From positions 1-24,000 of the forward strand of contig NZ_JAWUEA010000032.1 in the NCBI RefSeq assembly GCF_036663475.1: 24,000 nt of DNA, given 5' to 3'. This stretch comes from Rouxiella sp. T17. Its GTDB lineage: Bacteria; Pseudomonadota; Gammaproteobacteria; Enterobacterales; Enterobacteriaceae. The notes beneath the pieces were generated by a model. That model worked only from the letters and a program-made list of their open reading frames with translations, ran no database searches and had not been told where the DNA came from. This document shows positions 19,847-24,000 of the stretch, in pieces; position 1 is the first letter of the stretch, and every line of letters starts with the position of its first letter. A program made the position numbers and the translations under genes.

Positions 19847-20488
19847 TCAGTTGTCCCAGCTCCAGCTTTTGCTCGGCGTTAAAATCTCGGGCAGCGGAAT
19901 ATCCCACTCTTCGACCGGCAAGGCTTCTACCCACTGACAATCGTGCGCAATACCTATTGGATACGGGCCGTGCTCGCGCCAATGTGCCAGCGTGCGGTCA
20001 TAGAATCCGCCGCCCATTCCCAGTCTTTGCCCCTGCGAATCGAACGCCACCAGCGGCGTAAACATAATATCTAGCTGTTCAAGCGGCAGCATTTCACTCT
20101 GCATCTCATCTTGCGCCTCATTTTGCGAGAGGGCTGGCTCAAGAATATTCAGACGATTCCGCACTAATTTGGTCTCTGGCTGATAGCGAACAAACAGCAA
20201 ATGGCCGGGATTGGTTGGATGCAAAACGGGAAGGTAGAGTTTTTTGCCCTCTTGCCACAGTCGGTCGATAAGCGGCGCGGTATCAAGTTCACCATCAAAA
20301 GAGAGAAAAATAGAGAGTGTTTCAGCCTGCTGAACGCGAGGATGAAGTGCAATGCGCTGCGCGGCTTGAAGAGCAAAAACGTGCTGTTGCTGCTGGGTAA
20401 GCTGTTTTCGGCGCTGACGTACTTCGGTACGCAAGGCTTGTCTAAGCAGCGCATGTTGACCGGTAAAGGACTGTGCTGAAGAGGACAT
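19847..20488 (-). CDS. ygfA: 5-formyltetrahydrofolate cyclo-ligase
   Basis: It resembles E. coli YgfA/Fau (FLSFDGELDT.PLI..LW, TPLVAFD..GQRLGMGGGFYDRTL, LPVEEWDIPLP). I trimmed the start to ATG 20488 (MSSSAQSF...) because the longer track ORF (to 20569) overlaps the 3' end of 6S RNA. Confidence 0.9.
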   Translation of the reverse strand: MSSSAQSFTGQHALLRQALRTEVRQRRKQLTQQQQHVFALQAAQRIALHPRVQQAETLSIFLSFDGELDTAPLIDRLWQEGKKLYLPVLHPTNPGHLLFVRYQPETKLVRNRLNILEPALSQNEAQDEMQSEMLPLEQLDIMFTPLVAFDSQGQRLGMGGGFYDRTLAHWREHGPYPIGIAHDCQWVEALPVEEWDIPLPEILTPSKSWSWDN

Positions 20489-20526
20489 AGCGAAAACCAG
20501 AGAAGATAAAGCGGGAGATAAAAGGG

Positions 20527-20708
20527 GAATCTCCGAGATGCCGCCGCAGGCTGTAACCCTTGAACCCATGGTTCAAGGTGAACGTTCAGTCACAATCTTT
20601 AGGCTTCTCGGCGGACCGAGCATGCGCACCGATTGCGGATCATCACATTCTGTTGGTACTAATTATCGGCTCAGGGGACGGGCCCGCTGGCAAACATCTC
20701 AGAGAAAT
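20527..20708 (-). ncRNA. ssrS: 6S RNA (SsrS), the RNA polymerase-sigma70 regulator
   Basis: The reverse complement reads ATTTCTCTGAGATGTTTGCCAGCGGGCCCGTCCCCTGAGCCGATA...CACCTTGAACCATGGGTTCAAGGGTTACAGCCTGCGGCGGCATCTCGGAGATTC. Both closing-stem arms and the 3' half closely match E. coli 6S RNA. The position between zapA and ygfA is conserved. Confidence 0.95.
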
Positions 20709-20768
20709 TTTGTGTTCTTACTGTGAAGCTACTATCTCATATAACGAGATAAAATTCAATAGCTTGAC

Positions 20769-21098
20769 TTATTCGAAAGGCGCCCCTTCACGTTCTGTGA
20801 TGCGTCCTTGTTCGAGCAAAGCCTGCTCGATGGTTTGTTGCAACATCCGAATACGCTGTTCCATATTGGAGGCATAATCGCGAGTTTTCAAGCGTTCTTG
20901 AGCAAGTTCGTGACACACGTTCAATGCCGCGATAAATACTAGTTGCTCTGTATTTGTGACTCTAGTGCGAACTTTAAGATCTTGCAACCGCTGATTGAGA
21001 TCCTCGGCAGCCATGTTCAACGCTTCTTGTTGTTCTGGCGGACAATTTACTCTTAATGAGCGACCAAAAATTTGTATATCTACCGGTTGTGCAGACAT
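20769..21098 (-). CDS. zapA: Cell division Z-ring-associated protein ZapA
   Basis: 109 aa, near-identical to E. coli ZapA ([21 protein letters not shown]...[21 protein letters not shown]). Confidence 0.97.
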   Translation of the reverse strand: MSAQPVDIQIFGRSLRVNCPPEQQEALNMAAEDLNQRLQDLKVRTRVTNTEQLVFIAALNVCHELAQERLKTRDYASNMEQRIRMLQQTIEQALLEQGRITEREGAPFE

Positions 21099-21303
21099 GC
21101 CACCTTCCTGCCATATTATTCGCCGACCCTCGATTGCAACACTGCGACGAGACGCAGGACATCGAAAGCGGGCGCAACTATATATACCTCAACCCAGATT
21201 TGCAACGTCGTTAATCATGCCGCATAGCTAGCGAATCTGGTACTGAGACTTGCCTTGGTGGTAGCATAACACGAACTTAACCAGCCAACGATGGCGAATG
21301 CGC

Positions 21304-21876
21304 ATGTCTATTGAGAATACCTACCCAAACTATGATTCGCTGAATCAGAACCTTAAACAGCAGTCAGTGGCGTTAACCGCGGCTGAAATGCACGGCCTTA
21401 TCAGTGGCTTACTGTGTGGCGGCAACCGCGACGGTAGCTGGATTACGCAGGTCCATGACCTGACCAACGAAGGCATGGCCTTTGGTCACCCGTTGGCGGA
21501 AGTGCTTCAACAACTCCGAAAAGTCACCGCCGACACGCTGGAAGATGACAGTTTCGAATTCAAAATGCTGATGCCAAGCGATGATACCAGCGTGTTTGAG
21601 CGCGCCGATGCGCTGGCAGGCTGGGTCAATCACTTCCTGTTGGGGCTGGGCATGATGCAGCCAAAACTGGCAAAAGTGAAAGGCGAAGTGGGCGAAGCCA
21701 TCGACGACCTGCGCAGCATCGGGCAGTTGGGCTACGAAGATGACGAAGACCAGGAAGTGCTGGCCCAGTCACTGGAAGAGGTGGTCGAATACGTTCGCGT
21801 GGCGGCTATCCTGTGCTTCGGCGAATTCAGCCGTAGTCACCCAACGGCGCCCGAAAATCACCGCACCTTGCACTAA
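21304..21876 (+). CDS. ygfB: UPF0149 family protein YgfB
   Basis: It resembles E. coli YgfB (MSI.N..P.Y...NQ.L.QQ...[14 protein letters not shown]). I chose ATG 21304 by homology. The ATG at 21298 two codons upstream is also possible. Confidence 0.9.
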   Translation: MSIENTYPNYDSLNQNLKQQSVALTAAEMHGLISGLLCGGNRDGSWITQVHDLTNEGMAFGHPLAEVLQQLRKVTADTLEDDSFEFKMLMPSDDTSVFERADALAGWVNHFLLGLGMMQPKLAKVKGEVGEAIDDLRSIGQLGYEDDEDQEVLAQSLEEVVEYVRVAAILCFGEFSRSHPTAPENHRTLH

Positions 21877-21881
21877 GCTTG

Positions 21882-21913
21882 AGTTTCAGCAGTCAAAAGT
21901 TTCAGCAGTCGAA
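21882..21913 (+). repeat. Tandem 16-bp duplication AGTTTCAGCAGTC(A/G)AA x2 in the ygfB-pepP spacer
   Basis: Read directly from the sequence. The two units match at 15/16 positions. Confidence 0.8.
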
Positions 21914-21997
21914 AAAACTTTTAGGCGAAAACCTTAGCCGCAAATAACAACGAAAAGCCCGATAAACGTGGATAACAGCCAATTTCAGGAGCAGGTG

Positions 21998-23326
21998 ATG
22001 ACAACAGTGACCCTTCCTCATCAGGAGTTTCAGGCGCGTCGTCAGGCGCTTATCGCCAAAATGGCACCCGGAAGTGCGGCCATTATTTTTGCTGCACCCG
22101 AGGCGACCCGCAACGCTGACAGCGAATATCCGTATCGCCAAAGCAGCGATTTTTGGTATCTGACCGGTTTTAACGAACCTGAAGCCGCGCTGGTGCTGGT
22201 GAAAAGCGACGACAATCATAATCACAGCGTGCTGTTTAACCGCGTGCGTGATTTGACCGCCGAGATTTGGTTTGGCCGTCGTGTTGGTCAAGATGCCGCG
22301 CCTGCGCGTCTTGGCGTCGATCGGGCATTACCTTTTGACGATATCAACGAGCAGCTGCACCTGCTGCTGAATGGGCTGGACGTGGTTTATCACGCGCAGG
22401 GCTATTATGACTACGCCGATGAGATAGTTAATCGGGCGATGGAAAAACTGCGCCACGGTTTTCGCCAGAATCTTTCGGCGCCTGCCACCATGATCGACTG
22501 GCGGCCGTGGGTGCATGAAATGCGCCTGATTAAGTCGCCGAATGAAATCGCCGTGATGCGCCGAGCCGGCCAGATTACGGCTAAAGGACACACTCGCGCG
22601 ATGCAGGCCTGTCGCGCAGGGATGTTCGAATATCATCTGGAGGGCGAAATTCATTACGAATTTAGCCGTCACGGTTCGCGCACGCCGTCTTACAACACCA
22701 TCGTCGGCAGCGGCGAGAACGCCTGTATTCTGCACTACACCGAGAACGAATCGGAGCTGCGCAACGGCGATTTAGTGCTGATTGACGCGGGGTGCGAATA
22801 TCAGAGCTATGCCGGTGATATCACCCGCACTTTCCCGGTGAGTGGCAAATTTTCGCCCGCCCAGCGCGAGATTTACGACATCGTGCTGGCCTCCGAATAC
22901 AAGGCGCTGGAGATTTTAGGCCCGGGCCGCAGCATTCAGGAAGCGACCGAAGCCGCTATCCGCGTGATGGTTGAAGGTTTGGTTAAAATTGGCGTGATGA
23001 AAGGTGAAGTCGACGAGCTGATCGCCGCGCAGGCCCATCGCCAGTTCTTTATGCACGGCCTGTCACACTGGCTCGGGCTGGACGTGCATGACGTCGGCAA
23101 TTACGGCACCGCCGATCGTAGCCGCACGCTCGAACCCGGCATGGTGCTGACCGTCGAACCCGGCCTGTATATCGCGCCCGACGCCGATGTCCCGGAAGCC
23201 TATCGCGGCATTGGCATTCGAATTGAAGACAATATTGTCATCACCAAAACCGGGATTGAAATTTTGACCGGCGACGTGGTGAAAGAGGCCGACGATATTG
23301 AAGCACTGATGGCGGCGGCAAGATAA
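21998..23326 (+). CDS. pepP: Xaa-Pro aminopeptidase (aminopeptidase P II)
   Basis: It is collinear with E. coli PepP (QEFQ.RRQAL, SEYPYRQ.SDFWY.TGFNEPEA, metal-ligand blocks DLVLIDAGCEY..YAGDITRTFPV, HGLSHWLGLDVHDVG, TVEPGLY, GIGIRIED). I moved the start to ATG 21998 (AGGAG RBS 6 nt upstream). The track start at 21968 is a GTG extension. Confidence 0.96.
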   Translation: MTTVTLPHQEFQARRQALIAKMAPGSAAIIFAAPEATRNADSEYPYRQSSDFWYLTGFNEPEAALVLVKSDDNHNHSVLFNRVRDLTAEIWFGRRVGQDAAPARLGVDRALPFDDINEQLHLLLNGLDVVYHAQGYYDYADEIVNRAMEKLRHGFRQNLSAPATMIDWRPWVHEMRLIKSPNEIAVMRRAGQITAKGHTRAMQACRAGMFEYHLEGEIHYEFSRHGSRTPSYNTIVGSGENACILHYTENESELRNGDLVLIDAGCEYQSYAGDITRTFPVSGKFSPAQREIYDIVLASEYKALEILGPGRSIQEATEAAIRVMVEGLVKIGVMKGEVDELIAAQAHRQFFMHGLSHWLGLDVHDVGNYGTADRSRTLEPGMVLTVEPGLYIAPDADVPEAYRGIGIRIEDNIVITKTGIEILTGDVVKEADDIEALMAAAR

Positions 23327-23330
23327 TCTC

Positions 23331-24000
23331 ATGAGCATGATTATTGTGGGCGGCGGAATGGCCGGTGCAACTTTGGCGCTGGCGGTCTCTTCGCTAACGA
23401 AAGGCGCGTTGCCGATTCATTTAATCGAGGCAACCTCCCCGAAAGATTTTACTCATCCGGGCTTTGACGCGCGGGCCATCGCGCTCGCGCAGGGCACCTG
23501 TCAGCAGCTGGCGGGTATCGGCGTTTGGTCTGCGCTGTCGAGCTGCGCCACGCCGATCGGCGACATTCATGTCAGCGATCGCGGCCACGCCGGTTTTGTG
23601 AATTTGAATGCCGAGCACTACGGCGTTGAAGCCTTAGGACAGGTCGTTGAGCTTCACGACGCCGGAAAACGGCTGTTTACAATGCTGACTCACGCGCCGG
23701 GCGTGCATCTGCACTGTCCTGCGCGCGTGGTAGACGTTAAGCGCGACATTAACAGCGCCAGCGTAACGCTCGATAACGGCGAAACCTTGCAGGCCGATTT
23801 GCTGGTCGCCGCCGACGGTTCAAACTCGAGGCTGGCGCAGGCCTGCGGCATTCGCTGGCAGCGCGCAAGCTACAATCAGGTCGGCATTATCGCCAATATC
23901 ACCACGGCGCTGCCGCACAAAGGCCGCGCGTTCGAGCGCTTTACCGAGCACGGTCCTCTGGCGCTGCTGCCGATGTCAAAAGGCCGCAGCTCGCTGGTTT
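23331..24000 (+). CDS. ubiH: 2-octaprenyl-6-methoxyphenol hydroxylase (FAD-dependent), 5' part, truncated by the window end
   Basis: The frame stays open from ATG 23331, 4 nt after the pepP stop, to the window end. It translates to MSMIIVGGGMAGATLALA...HLIEAT...HPGFD.RAIALA.GTCQQLA.IGVW...HVSDRGHAGFV, matching E. coli UbiH. It is absent from the ORF track because no stop codon lies in the window. Confidence 0.93.
   Translation, partial: MSMIIVGGGMAGATLALAVSSLTKGALPIHLIEATSPKDFTHPGFDARAIALAQGTCQQLAGIGVWSALSSCATPIGDIHVSDRGHAGFVNLNAEHYGVEALGQVVELHDAGKRLFTMLTHAPGVHLHCPARVVDVKRDINSASVTLDNGETLQADLLVAADGSNSRLAQACGIRWQRASYNQVGIIANITTALPHKGRAFERFTEHGPLALLPMSKGRSSLV

Noticed and set aside
21902-23618. 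ORFs overlapping pepP and ubiH (21902-22291, 22328-22735, 22411-22593, 23063-23338, 23421-23618) and the short frames around zapA/ygfB (20974-21177, 20995-21231, 21409-21633, 21740-21937).
   Set aside because: All are nested in or antisense to conserved genes, and none has independent support.

Overview
This window is mostly a conserved enterobacterial housekeeping block, read from protein similarity recalled from memory. The gene order is epd-pgk-fbaA / mscS / argO-yggE / argP / rpiA-serA / ygfA-ssrS(6S RNA)-zapA / ygfB-pepP-ubiH. That matches E. coli K-12 b2927 to b2907, but the sequence is clearly not E. coli. Three places depart from that backbone. (1) About 8.4 kb sits between fbaA and mscS. 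It carries a PheC-like periplasmic cyclohexadienyl dehydratase paired with an AroP/PheP-type permease, then a lacI-lacZ-lacY cluster with recognisable O1 and O2 operators and no lacA. (2) An AT-rich orphan gene between mscS and argO encodes a secreted protein that looks like two PKD/Ig-like domains, followed by a roughly 400 bp very AT-rich gene-free spacer. (3) The leftmost 300 bp holds a duplicated GC-hairpin module fused to TTGAAT/TTGAAC hexanucleotide microsatellites. One ERIC element lies in the yggE/argP convergent gap. I found no integrase, transposase, tRNA, CRISPR array, toxin-antitoxin pair or defence-like multigene cassette. I do not see a convincing novel multi-gene system here. 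The items most worth follow-up are the orphan PKD-like secreted protein, the PheC-permease pairing and the hairpin-microsatellite modules. Several track ORF starts were corrected by homology (epd, lacI, lacY, yggE, ygfA, ygfB, pepP). ubiH is missing from the track because it runs off the window end. All regulatory-site calls are motif matches by eye and are unverified.
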